A stretch of 32,000 bases of DNA, from the sequence record JPID01000014.1; one strand, written 5' to 3'. The notes under the pieces were generated by a model. The model ran no database searches. It saw nothing but the letters and a program-made list of their open reading frames with translations, and had not been told where the DNA came from. The translations under genes were made by a program, and so were the position numbers. Numbering within the stretch: position 1 is the stretch's first letter; each line of letters starts with the position of its first letter. This document shows positions 17,285-28,204 of this stretch, one piece after another.

Positions 17285-17719
17285 ATGACAATACAACTAC
17301 AAACACAATGGATTGTAGGTTTTGTGGATGGTGAAGGATGTTTTCATATTGGTATTTCAAAACATCCAGAATGTACCCTTGGATATCAAGTACTTCCAGA
17401 ATTTACTGTGGTACAACATGCTCAAGATGTACAAGTTCTCTATGCTCTGAAACATTTTTTTGGGTGTGGTGTTGTACGTCAACACGGTGCTACAACATGG
17501 TGCTATCGTGTTCGTCAACGAACACATTTAGAGACCATGATTGTACCATTTTTTGAAAAGCATACGCTCAAGACAAAAAAACGTCTTGATTTTATTCAAT
17601 TTCGAAAAGTACTCATCTGGATGCATCGAGGAGACCATTTAACATCAGCAGGTTTAGCACGTATTCGTGAGACTCAACGTCGTATGAATACACGAGCACC
17701 TGTACTACATCGCTACTAA
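17285..17719 (+). CDS. single-motif LAGLIDADG homing endonuclease (intron 1 ORF)
   Basis: 144 aa. WIVGFVDGEGCFHIGI is a classic LAGLIDADG_1 motif. The size fits a homodimeric enzyme. Confidence 0.88.
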   Translation: MTIQLQTQWIVGFVDGEGCFHIGISKHPECTLGYQVLPEFTVVQHAQDVQVLYALKHFFGCGVVRQHGATTWCYRVRQRTHLETMIVPFFEKHTLKTKKRLDFIQFRKVLIWMHRGDHLTSAGLARIRETQRRMNTRAPVLHRY

Positions 17720-17758
17720 TTCACGTGGAGTAATTCACGTGGAGTAATTCACGTGGGG
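17717..17758. repeat. tandem array of 3 copies of the 14-nt unit taattcacgtggag inside intron 1
   Basis: Copies at 17717-17730, 17731-17744 and 17745-17758 (last copy ...gggg). The first copy begins with the TAA stop of the endonuclease ORF. Confidence 0.93.
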
Positions 17759-18126
17759 CGTAGCACGTCTATGTTTAAGATAGAGTCCACCTCTGTATGA
17801 AAATACAGGGAGTATGTGAGCGAAATTCCTTGTCGGGTAAGTTCCGACGTGCATGAATGGTGTCACGACTGCCCCGCTGTCTCCAATATACACTCAGTGA
17901 AATTGAATTCTCCGTGCAGATGCGGAGTCCCCAAAAGTAGACGGTAAGACCCTATGCACCTTTACTGCAATGTATTATTGATACTGGATACACGTTGTGT
18001 AGCATAGGTGGGAGCCTTATGGCACTCTTGAAATACCACCCTGCGTGTCTCTTGTATCTCACCTACATATCTGTAGGAAACGTGATACATGGGTAGTTTA
18101 ACTGGGGCGGTTGCTTTATACGGAGC

Positions 18127-19196
18127 CCACGTATGGTAACATACGTGTGATACATTCGGCTATATGCTGGAACGTCTGTTCATCCATACTAGAAAAACCC
18201 CACAAGACGCGCGTTACATTTTCTAGATATGAGATGGTGATACATACTCAAGAAAGAGTCTAAAGAATCTCTACAACTCCGCCCGAAACATATATGTCTC
18301 CTATGGAGCAGACAGTAGTAGAGTGCAGATAATCAGCAGGAAACCAAAGTACACTTTGGTGTATGAGTAGGATCCTCAACGACTACACGCCGAACATCCT
18401 ATAGAACATCATGACATATCTCTATGTGTATCCACGAGAGAGCGTGCATGCATGTTTTTAGGATGATGATATAGTCTGAACTACCAGGCGACTGGTAGAG
18501 TCTATGGTGGTGTGATACAACACACTGTAGACCTTATGGTGGGTACACATTGTTGAGTGTGTTTCGAAAACGTCTATAGAAACAATATCCCTATCACAAT
18601 ATCAACAAGATGTTCTTTATGGTTCTCTTTTAGGAGATGGACATCTTGAAGCATATCATGGTCGGACATCAACGTCCTACCGATATATTCTTGTTCAATC
18701 CACGCGAAAATCAATCTATATACGTTGGATGCAGAGTGTGTTTGCACCCTATATCACGCATGCATTGTATGTACGATATTGTCCCACACAACAAGGATAC
18801 ACAAGTACATATCGACTTTGTACACGACGTCATATTGATTTTCAACCCGTTGGGCATCTCTGGTATCCCCATGGCACAAAATGTGTTCCACGTACAGCGC
18901 ATATATGGTTAACGCCTCGTGCATTGGCCGTATGGTATATGGAAGATGGAAGTATAAAATCCAAGATATCCAAAGGAGTGTATCTGAATACACATGGATT
19001 TACACGAGATGATAGTGAGTATCTGTGTGATGTATTGAACACACGCTATAGAATTCAATGTTGGCCAGTTCCAGATCGACATCAGTATCGTATCTATGTC
19101 TCTGGACATAGTTATACGTGTCTATCTCGTTTGATTGTACCGTATTTCACATCAGATATGATGTATAAATGGCCACCACCACGAGTAACATCATTG
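18127..19196 (+). mobile_element. group I intron 2 in rnl (about E. coli 23S position 2262)
   Basis: It interrupts GGGGCGGTTGCTT^CCTAAAGAGTAACGGAAGCG. Joining the exons restores a 7-bp helix, TGCTTCC/GGAAGCG. The 5' exon ends in T and the intron ends in G. The boundary is uncertain by 1-2 nt. Confidence 0.78.
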
Positions 19197-19208
19197 CCTA
19201 AAGAGTAA
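18531..19208 (+). CDS. double-motif LAGLIDADG homing endonuclease (intron 2 ORF); no ATG before the first motif; stop lies in the 3' exon
   Basis: The frame is open from 18531. It translates ...QQDVLYGSLLGDGHLEAYHGRTSTSYRYILVQSTRKSIYIRWMQSVF...LAVWYMEDGSIKS...PPRVTSLPKE*. The first in-frame ATG is at 18729, downstream of the LLGDGHL motif. The TAA at 19206-19208 is part of the conserved exon AGAGTAACGG. Confidence 0.75.
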   Translation, partial: TLWWVHIVECVSKTSIETISLSQYQQDVLYGSLLGDGHLEAYHGRTSTSYRYILVQSTRKSIYIRWMQSVFAPYITHALYVRYCPTQQGYTSTYRLCTRRHIDFQPVGHLWYPHGTKCVPRTAHIWLTPRALAVWYMEDGSIKSKISKGVYLNTHGFTRDDSEYLCDVLNTRYRIQCWPVPDRHQYRIYVSGHSYTCLSRLIVPYFTSDMMYKWPPPRVTSLPKE

Positions 19209-19438
19209 CGGAAGCGTGCAAAGGTAAGTTCACATGGGACGGAAACCCATGGTAGAGCGTAATGGTATATGCTTGCCTGACTGCAAGACTTACAGGTCGA
19301 GCAGAGACGAAAGTCGGCCATAGTGACCCGGGAGTACCACGTGGATGGGCTCTCGAGTAACGGATCAAAGGTACGCTAGGGATAACAGGCTGATGACTCC
19401 CAAGAGCTCCTATCGACGGAGTCGTTTGGCACCTCGAT

Positions 19439-20454
19439 AAGCGATAGTCGAGGATAAAGTGGGTGAATTGTCAAGAATCTCTCCGTCCATACTGGTCTAT
19501 TCAAAAACCAGCGTGTGGTTGTGACCACACGACTATGATGGACTGAGACAACTTGCAGCGAAGTTTTATAGGACTGTATCCCATGTCATACATACATGAT
19601 GATAATCTATAAAAAACGTTCAACGACTAGAGGGTGAGTTCAGTCAACAATACTCCCTCCACGAGCGCCCACCAAAGATATCGTACCTATGACATATACA
19701 TCACGAGCATGGATTCGACATGGATATCATCTTAATAGTCGGTATTGGCAACAATGGAAATTACAGCGTCCACCACTTGCACCATATCTTCAACACTGTC
19801 TGTTGGGGATATGTTTAGGAGATGCGCATGTATTTCGCTCAAGCCGACATGCAGCGTTGAAATTCCAGCAAGGCGCTCATCAGTATGAATTTATTCAATA
19901 TCTTTTTATACTATTTCAACAATGGAGATGGATGCCTACTCTTGGTATTCGATATACATCTACAGGTGATATCAAGAGTTACTGGTTTAAAACCTTTTCA
20001 CATCCCGAATTTACACCCTACTACACTGCTCTCTATCCAGTAGGACATACATCACGACAGATTCCCACGATGTGTTTACACCGTCTTGGGCTGTCACCTA
20101 TTGTGCTTGCCTATTGGATTATATGCGATGGTGGTTTACATCGGGATGGACGAACACTCACGCTTCATACACAATGTTGGACATATACACAGCAACAGGA
20201 GTTGGTATCCTTGTTTTATACATTTTATGGATGGCACGTCCAGTGTCGACGTCATAAAAATAAGTATTGGGTCTTAGAAATCCCAGCTCCATATAGTGAT
20301 GCGTGTGCTCGGTATATTAGTCCGTGGATACTACCATCTTTTGCCTATAAAGTACCACGAGAGACATCTACACGATATCTTTGATGACATAGTCTGAACT
20401 TCAAGGTGACTTGAAGAAGTATAGGATAAAGAGCCTATACGATAACATATATTG
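19439..20454 (+). mobile_element. group I intron 3 in rnl (after the U equivalent to E. coli 23S U2504, peptidyl-transferase centre)
   Basis: It interrupts GGCACCTCGAT^GTCGACTCATCGCATCC. The 5' exon ends in T and the intron ends in G. It contains a LAGLIDADG ORF. Confidence 0.82.
19689..20384 (+). CDS. double-motif LAGLIDADG homing endonuclease (intron 3 ORF)
   Basis: 231 aa with two motifs, LLGICLGDAHV and LAYWIICDGGL. Confidence 0.85.
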   Translation: MTYTSRAWIRHGYHLNSRYWQQWKLQRPPLAPYLQHCLLGICLGDAHVFRSSRHAALKFQQGAHQYEFIQYLFILFQQWRWMPTLGIRYTSTGDIKSYWFKTFSHPEFTPYYTALYPVGHTSRQIPTMCLHRLGLSPIVLAYWIICDGGLHRDGRTLTLHTQCWTYTQQQELVSLFYTFYGWHVQCRRHKNKYWVLEIPAPYSDACARYISPWILPSFAYKVPRETSTRYL

Positions 20455-20819
20455 GTCGACTCATCGCATCCTCGAGCTGAAGAAGGTTCGAAGGGTTCGG
20501 CTGTTCGCCGATGAAAGCGGTACGTGAGTTGGGTTTAATACGTCGTAAGACAGTATGGATCCTATCTCTTTTGGGTGTATACAACTGCGGAGGGCGTGTT
20601 CTTGTACGAGAGGACCGACCACGACAAACCTCTGATGGACCAGTTGTCTCGCCAGAGGCACAGCTGGGTAGTTACGTTTGGGAGCAACAACTGCTGAAAG
20701 CATCTCAAGCAGGCAATCTCTCTCCAAAACATGTTGTATCAATCGTAGAAGACGACTACGGAATAGGTAGAATGTCGAAGCATAGTAATATGTGTGCATA
20801 TCTATACTAATATACTGTG

Positions 20820-20841
20820 ATAGACTCCTTTTGGAGTCTAT
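20820..20841 (+). terminator. stem-loop atagactcc-tttt-ggagtctat at or just past the rnl 3' end
   Basis: Perfect 9-bp stem with a TTTT loop, read directly. Whether it is an end-forming or processing element, or the last rnl helix, is inference. Confidence 0.4.
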
Positions 20842-20883
20842 TCACATAGATGTACTGTATAGAGATATAGTATACAATCTATT

Positions 20884-20896
20884 GATATAGAGAACC
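20884..20896 (+). promoter_or_regulatory. promoter-like motif gatatagagaacc (second copy tatagagat at 20858-20866) upstream of rps3-rpl16-rps19
   Basis: Same YATAGAGA(C/A) spacer motif, oriented towards the downstream + genes. Confidence 0.28.
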
Positions 20897-21045
20897 ATGA
20901 TATATCTTGTTTCAAGTAGTCTCTAGGTGTATGGTATTTTGTTTCATACAAAAATATCGTACACATACAGACTACATACAACACCATAGAATGTGTCTAG
21001 ACGTTGTACATATGTATAGATGTAAAAAAAAAATTCGTGTTTGAT

Positions 21046-21951
21046 ATGGGACAAAAAGCACATCCAATTGCGCTTCGTCAAGCTAGTAAGTATCGACATC
21101 AAGATACTGTATGGTATAGTCGACGATATCGTCAACAATTGGCCGCTCGTGATATGGCATATATGGAGTATATGCAGACGTTACGTGCTCAACAACAGTT
21201 GCCAACACCACGACTTGCTATTCAACATGGTCCAACTGGAACATATATGTATGGTTTTATCTGTACACCTCATACAAATCGTGAACACATGGCAACATTA
21301 TGTTATACGCCATATTCATCACCGATGTCAGTATCCAATCTACCTATCTCTATGTGGGGGTATCGAGACGTATGTATGCCTTGCCACACATCAGGATATA
21401 TGCCACCGATGTTGGGTGTGTCTGAGAATACGCTACAACAATGGACTGCATCGCGTGTTGTAGGTTTGTATCCTATGGAACATCTTTTAGCACATCTTGT
21501 GGACTCTTCTCTATCATTGCCATGTCATACATCAGAATTTCGTGTATCTCAATGGATTGTTGATCATATGGGAAATCATATGGAACGTAGTTTTCAAGCA
21601 CCTGTGCATTGGATGCCCATTGGTGTGACACACATGTGGCATGATGCAGGATTTGTTGCTGATGAAATTGTCTGGTTTTTAGAACGTCGTGTGGGATTTC
21701 GTCGTATTAAACAAGCACTTGCTCGACTGGTGGAATCAATGCCTTCTATTCAAGGTGTTCGTGTAGCTGTATCAGGTCGTGTTGGTGGTCGTTCTAAAAA
21801 ATCTCAGCGAGCTCGATGTGATGTCTGGAAATATGGAGCAACACCACTTCATGTATTTTCACAACGTATTGACTATGCCCAACGAATTGCTCGAACACAT
21901 CTTGGAACGTCTGGTGTTTCCGTGTGGCTGGTGTCGCGTGAATCCCGATAA
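21046..21951 (+). CDS. rps3: ribosomal protein S3
   Basis: N-terminal MGQKAHPIALRQ matches the S3 MGQKxxPxGxR. The C-terminal domain is IQGVRVAVSGRVGGRSKKSQRARCDVWKYGATPLHVFSQRIDYAQRIARTHLGTSGVSVWL. A divergent insert lies between them, as in other mitochondrial rps3 genes. The start is placed at the ATG at 21046. Confidence 0.9.
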   Translation: MGQKAHPIALRQASKYRHQDTVWYSRRYRQQLAARDMAYMEYMQTLRAQQQLPTPRLAIQHGPTGTYMYGFICTPHTNREHMATLCYTPYSSPMSVSNLPISMWGYRDVCMPCHTSGYMPPMLGVSENTLQQWTASRVVGLYPMEHLLAHLVDSSLSLPCHTSEFRVSQWIVDHMGNHMERSFQAPVHWMPIGVTHMWHDAGFVADEIVWFLERRVGFRRIKQALARLVESMPSIQGVRVAVSGRVGGRSKKSQRARCDVWKYGATPLHVFSQRIDYAQRIARTHLGTSGVSVWLVSRESR

Positions 21952-21968
21952 AAAGTGTTTTTCTATCT

Positions 21969-22388
21969 ATGTTACAACCAAAACGTACACGATATCGTAA
22001 ACATCATAAACCACCACATGTGAGTCCAACGAATAATACATCACATTTATGTTTTGGTGAATATGGGATTCAAGCATGTACATCCGGTCGAGTGACCGCT
22101 CGTCATTTAGAAGCTATTCGACGTGTGTGTACTCGTGTATGTCGTCGTCAAGGAAAAATTTGGATTCGTGTATTTCCAGACTGGTCTGTCACACGTAAAT
22201 CTGCAGAATCTCGTATGGGAAAAGGTAAAGGTGCACCAAGTTTTTGGGTGTGTCCTGTACCTGCCGGAACACTGGTAGTAGAACTCAGTGGTATGCCTCA
22301 AGAAACAGCACGCCGTGCTGCCTATCTTGCGGGATTTAAACTTCCTATGACAACGCGATTTGTCACACGGCATGGTATTGCTGGATAA
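21969..22388 (+). CDS. rpl16: ribosomal protein L16
   Basis: 139 aa. MLQPKRTRYRKHHK..., GKIWIRVFPDWSVTRKSAESRMGKGKGAPSFWV. Confidence 0.95.
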   Translation: MLQPKRTRYRKHHKPPHVSPTNNTSHLCFGEYGIQACTSGRVTARHLEAIRRVCTRVCRRQGKIWIRVFPDWSVTRKSAESRMGKGKGAPSFWVCPVPAGTLVVELSGMPQETARRAAYLAGFKLPMTTRFVTRHGIAG

Positions 22389-22406
22389 AAAAATGTAGTA
22401 TATACT

Positions 22407-22634
22407 ATGACACGTTCTGCATGGAAAGGACCGTATACTCGCGTTGCCTCGACAGATCAGGTGATTTGGTCACGAGCTTCTATGATTACCCCCGAATGGG
22501 TTGGACGACGTGTATCCATTCATAATGGAAAAACCTATGTCTCTCTTGATGTCACTCAAGATATGGTAGGACATCGATGGGGTGAATTTGCGTCAACTCG
22601 ACGTCGTGCACAACACCGTCGTGAAACACGATAA
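22407..22634 (+). CDS. rps19: ribosomal protein S19
   Basis: 75 aa. MTRSAWKGPYT...VSIHNGKTYVSLDVTQDMVGHRWGEFASTRR. Confidence 0.93.
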   Translation: MTRSAWKGPYTRVASTDQVIWSRASMITPEWVGRRVSIHNGKTYVSLDVTQDMVGHRWGEFASTRRRAQHRRETR

Positions 22635-22780
22635 ATATCTATAGTCATAGAGACACTCTATAGAATAGATGATTTTTTATCGAATCATAGTACATCACTA
22701 CGTGTCATACGCATATACAATGATGTCATAGAGATATATTTATGAATCTGGGTATGATATGAAAAAAAAATATAGATGCC

Positions 22781-23302
22781 ATGACATCATATACTATGTC
22801 TCCAGTACACTATTATATGCAAAAGTGGCCCTATATGTTGCTCTATCAATATACAGGAATGCGTGTTGATCAATGGCAACATCTTCGTGTGTCTTTGGGA
22901 CCACATGCGGCATGTATGGTCTGTAAAAATTCACATCTTATTCCATATATGTCTCATACTCATATGTGTCATGGGGCAACATGTATGATTGGTGTGTCAT
23001 CCATGGAAGATATGCATCGTGTGCATACTTTAACCCAAGAATATGGGTATTCTATGGTATTGATTGGTGGGTATTGGAACCAACAATGTCGAAGCTATCA
23101 AGATGTGATGCATCTTTGTACACTTCCATCACATACCACGTTATATACAACGTTTCTTCAGTGTATTTCACCTGTATCCCACTTGGATTCAACACTTCAA
23201 CACTCTCAAATTCAATGTGTGAATACTCTCGAGGCATCTCAAACACGTCTCTATCATCTATTATATATGTATACGACAACACATTCCACATCTCACCACT
23301 AG
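22781..23302 (+). CDS. rpl10: probable ribosomal protein L10, highly divergent
   Basis: 173-aa ORF. YQYTGMRVDQWQHLRVSLGPHAACMVCKNSHL aligns by eye with the L10 core (xxxxGxTVxxxxxLRxxxxxxxxxxxVxKNTL). HGATCMIGVSSMED matches GPTxxxxSxED. HLCTLPS matches LATLPT. There was no search support. Confidence 0.5.
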   Translation: MTSYTMSPVHYYMQKWPYMLLYQYTGMRVDQWQHLRVSLGPHAACMVCKNSHLIPYMSHTHMCHGATCMIGVSSMEDMHRVHTLTQEYGYSMVLIGGYWNQQCRSYQDVMHLCTLPSHTTLYTTFLQCISPVSHLDSTLQHSQIQCVNTLEASQTRLYHLLYMYTTTHSTSHH

Positions 23303-23329
23303 AGATTATATTGTTTATATATAAAATAA

Positions 23330-24792
23330 TAGTCAATCCAACCGCAGGTTCCCCTACGGTTACCTTGTTACGACTTCACTCCAGTTGATCTATGCGGTCT
23401 GGGACCCATGATGTACAGTGTATGATGTGTGTATTGTTCACAATACACGTGGCATACACGGTATGTATAGGTACTTCCACTACATACATCTCCCAGAGTG
23501 TGACGGGCGGGGAGTACAAGGCTCAGGTACATATTCACCGTGGCGTGCTGATCCACGATTACTAGTGATTCCGGCTTGATGGTGTCGAGTTGCAGACACC
23601 AATCCGTACTGAGGTGTGATTTGGCGATTGGCTCCACCTTTCGGTCTTGCTACGTATTGTTCACACCATTGTAACACGTGTGTAGCCCAGTTCATAAGGG
23701 TCATGAGGACTTGACGTCATCCCATCCTGCCTCCAGTCTCTCACTGGCGGTCCACATTGACATACGTGTGTATAGTGCAATGTGGCAGGGTTTCGCTCGT
23801 TCGGGAAATTAATCCAACATGTCACCACACGAGCTGACGACAGCCATGCAACACCTGTGATCCATAGGGATCATGTCAAGAACTGGTAAGGTTATGCGCG
23901 TAGTATCGAATTAAACCACATGTTCCACCACTTGTGTGAGCCCCCGTCTATTCCTTTGAGTTTTAATCTTGCGATCGTACTCCTCAGGCGGACCATTTAC
24001 CGCGTTAGCTAACCCACATCCCTGAATCTCAGGAATATAGGGAATGGTCATCGTTGACAGCGTGGACTACAGGGGTATCTAATCCCTTTTGCTCCCCACG
24101 CTTTCGCACCTCAATGTCAGGTACGTGCAAGAGCACTGCCTTCGCGTTTGGTGTTCCTTCCCAGATCAACACATTCTACCGCTTCCTGGGAAATTCCATG
24201 CTCCTTTCACGTCCTCAAGTGATATGATGTCTGTATCTATCGACAAAACCTATGGTTTGAATACATACCACACCATATCACCACCTACGTGCGCTTTACG
24301 CCCAATCATTTTGAATAACGCTTGCCCCTCTCGTATTACCGCGGCTGCTGGCACGAAATTAGCCGGGACTTGGACACTTTACACGGTCAATGTCTATATA
24401 AAGTGCATAGGGTTTACAACGTATGTCGCCGTCATCCCCAAAGCGATATCACTGGATCAGGCTTGCGCCCATTGTCCAAGATTCCCCACTGCTGCCGCTC
24501 GTAAGCGTCTGGGCCGTGTCTCAGTCCCAGTGTGGCCGATCATTCTCTCAAACCGGCTAGGCATCTCAGGCTTGGTGCGCCATTACCACACCAACAACCT
24601 AATACCCCGCAAGCTCATCCATAGCCGATATATATCTTGTGATAGACACAGCAACATTTCGTTACAAGCTATGGGTAGATTCTCACGTGTTACGCACCCG
24701 TGCGCCACTCATATACATGTGTATATGCGTTCGACTTGCATGTGTTAGGTGTATCGCGAGCGTTCATTCTGAGCCAGGATCAAACTCATGTC
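23330..24792 (-). rRNA. rns: small-subunit rRNA
   Basis: On the reverse strand, the 5' end is GAGTTTGATCCTGGCTCAG (24771-24787). The 530 loop GTGCCAGCAGCCGCGGTAATAC is at about 24333-24355. Near the 3' end are CCGCCCGTCACAC and GTGAAGTCGTAACAAGGTAACCGTAGGGGAACCTGCGGTTGGAT. There is no CCTCC anti-Shine-Dalgarno tail. Both ends are uncertain by about 8 nt. Confidence 0.95.
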
Positions 24793-24802
24793 ATATAGTG
24801 GC

Positions 24803-24834
24803 ATCTATCATAATACAATATCATTATGATAGAT
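24803..24834. other. hairpin with a perfect 12-bp stem (atctatcataat/attatgatagat) and an 8-nt loop, between cox1 and rns
   Basis: Read directly. It lies about 10 nt upstream of the rns 5' end on the coding (minus) strand. A second 8-bp hairpin (atacatca/tgatgtat) is at 24888-24911. Confidence 0.85.
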
Positions 24835-24990
24835 CATATATGCATAGTATATATACTACATATATGTATAGTACAAACGGTTTGTTGATACATCATGTCA
24901 ACGTGATGTATGATATAAAGAGTCTATCTCTCTTGAAACCGTGCATCTCCAAAGACATCTATCAGACAACAACATTCAATACGATGTCTA

Positions 24991-26592
<1,602 letters not shown>

Positions 26593-26627
26593 CTAGACAA
26601 CAAAAGAAATAGGTGCTTCTCAAAGAG

Positions 26628-26639
26628 CTCTATATAGAG
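26628..26639. promoter_or_regulatory. 12-nt perfect palindrome ctctatatagag containing the promoter-like motif on both strands (nad4-cox1 spacer)
   Basis: The sequence is self-complementary. It reads TATAGAG on both strands. cox1 lies downstream on the minus strand. Confidence 0.25.
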
Positions 26640-26719
26640 AGACACACAAAAGACTCACACATCGCATGATACACATCTACGTTGTCTATATACCACATAA
26701 CACATGTGTGTACTCTATA

Positions 26720-28189
26720 CTAGAGACCATGATAAATGACATGAGCCACACTGCTATGCATGACGGAAAGATATGATTCGGGATAGAGCCCCATCCAAAG
26801 TACTACTAGGATGAGTGGTACAAAACACCAAAATTCACGTCGATTGATATCAGCTGTAGTATTCATAAAATGGGGTTTTGGAACACCATATAAAACACGA
26901 TTACACAACCATAGTCCATACCCAGCGCCTAAAATCATACCACTTGCTGCAAGAGATGCTGCCCAAGTTGATGTTTGAAAAATACCAGCAAACACGAGAA
27001 ATTCTCCTACAAAACTACTTGTTCCTGGAAGACTAATATTAGCCATGGTAAAAAAGACTAAAAAAAGAGCAAAAAGTGGCATAGTACGAGCCATACCTGC
27101 GTAGTATCGTAATACACGAGTTTTATGACGATCATACAGAACACCAACACATAAAAAGAGTGCAGGTGATACCACACCATGGCTTAACATTAATACAATA
27201 GCACCTTCAATTCCCTGTGTATTGAGACTAAAAAGACCAAGTGTGACAAAATTCATATGGGCAACACTTGAATACGCAATGATTTTTTTTAAATCAACTT
27301 GTCGAAGTGTTGTTAAACTTGTATAGACAATAGCAATCACACTCATGGTGAGCATGAGTGGTGTAAAATAGAGTGTGGCATAAGGAAACATGGGAATTGA
27401 AAAACGTAAAAAACCATAGGTTCCTAATTTTAAAAGAACACCTGCTAACACCAGACTTCCAGCAGTAGGTGCCTCTACGTGAGCTTCTGGAAGCCAAATA
27501 TGTACTGGAACCATAGGAACCTTAACAGCAAAACTGGCAAACATAGCAACCCATAGAAGAAGTTCACGAGATTCACTCCATGTGGTTGTGTAGAGCATAT
27601 CAATATCCGTACTTCCACATTGAAACGCCATGAGTAATACACCTAAGAGCATGAGCACGGAACCTAGAAGCGTATAGAGAAAGAATTGATATGCAGCACG
27701 AATTTTACGTTCACGTGCACCCCACACCCCAATAACCAAAAACATGGGCAAGAGCACACTTTCGAAAAACACATAGAAAAGCAGTAAGTCGAGAGCTGAA
27801 AATACAGCCATCACCATGCTTTCCATCAGTAAAAATGCAATACAGTATTCACGAACACGATGTTGCACACTATGCCAACTTGCTAATATACAAATAGGCA
27901 TTAAAAATGTGGTTAAGAGCACAAAAAACAGTGAAATACCATCGAGACCAAATCGAAAGTGTGTTGTATCCAACATACTGCTAGCACCACCAAAGGAGAC
28001 GTCAAACACATATTGATAAAGCGGTGTTGATGCATCAAATTCAACCCATAAAACCAGTGACAGTACAAATGTCAACACCATAGTCCAAAGGGTCCACATT
28101 TTATAGGTGTTGGACATACCACGTGGAAGTATTGGTAACACCATGGCACCAACAATAGGCATACACAGGACAAGGGCAAGAGGGGACAT
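26720..28189 (-). CDS. nad4: NADH dehydrogenase subunit 4
   Basis: 489-aa ORF. VKVPMVPVHIWLPEAHVEAPTAGSLVLAGVLLKLGTYGFLRF, and IAYSSVAHMNFV. Confidence 0.97.
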   Translation of the reverse strand: MSPLALVLCMPIVGAMVLPILPRGMSNTYKMWTLWTMVLTFVLSLVLWVEFDASTPLYQYVFDVSFGGASSMLDTTHFRFGLDGISLFFVLLTTFLMPICILASWHSVQHRVREYCIAFLLMESMVMAVFSALDLLLFYVFFESVLLPMFLVIGVWGARERKIRAAYQFFLYTLLGSVLMLLGVLLMAFQCGSTDIDMLYTTTWSESRELLLWVAMFASFAVKVPMVPVHIWLPEAHVEAPTAGSLVLAGVLLKLGTYGFLRFSIPMFPYATLYFTPLMLTMSVIAIVYTSLTTLRQVDLKKIIAYSSVAHMNFVTLGLFSLNTQGIEGAIVLMLSHGVVSPALFLCVGVLYDRHKTRVLRYYAGMARTMPLFALFLVFFTMANISLPGTSSFVGEFLVFAGIFQTSTWAASLAASGMILGAGYGLWLCNRVLYGVPKPHFMNTTADINRREFWCFVPLILVVLWMGLYPESYLSVMHSSVAHVIYHGL

Positions 28190-28204
28190 GAGATATATCT
28201 ATTT

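Larger units (their letters stand above)
17099..17818 (+). mobile_element. group I intron 1 in rnl (after the U equivalent to E. coli 23S U1931)
   Basis: It interrupts the universally conserved GGTCCTAAGGT^AGCGAAATTCC. The 5' exon ends in T and the intron ends in G, as expected for group I. It contains a LAGLIDADG ORF. Confidence 0.85.

Noticed and set aside
18380-18410. A possible 5S-like string (gccgaac) inside rnl intron 2
   Set aside because: It is only a 7-nt resemblance with no closing helix. A much better 5S candidate exists at 15123-15241.
24089-24748. 219-aa ORF, plus others at 23368-23704 and 24639-25019, in the rns region
   Set aside because: They lie inside or antisense to the small-subunit rRNA gene, have no recognisable motifs, and are explained by chance. 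The same applies to the ORFs inside rnl exons (15404-15625, 16009-17114, 20461-20810).
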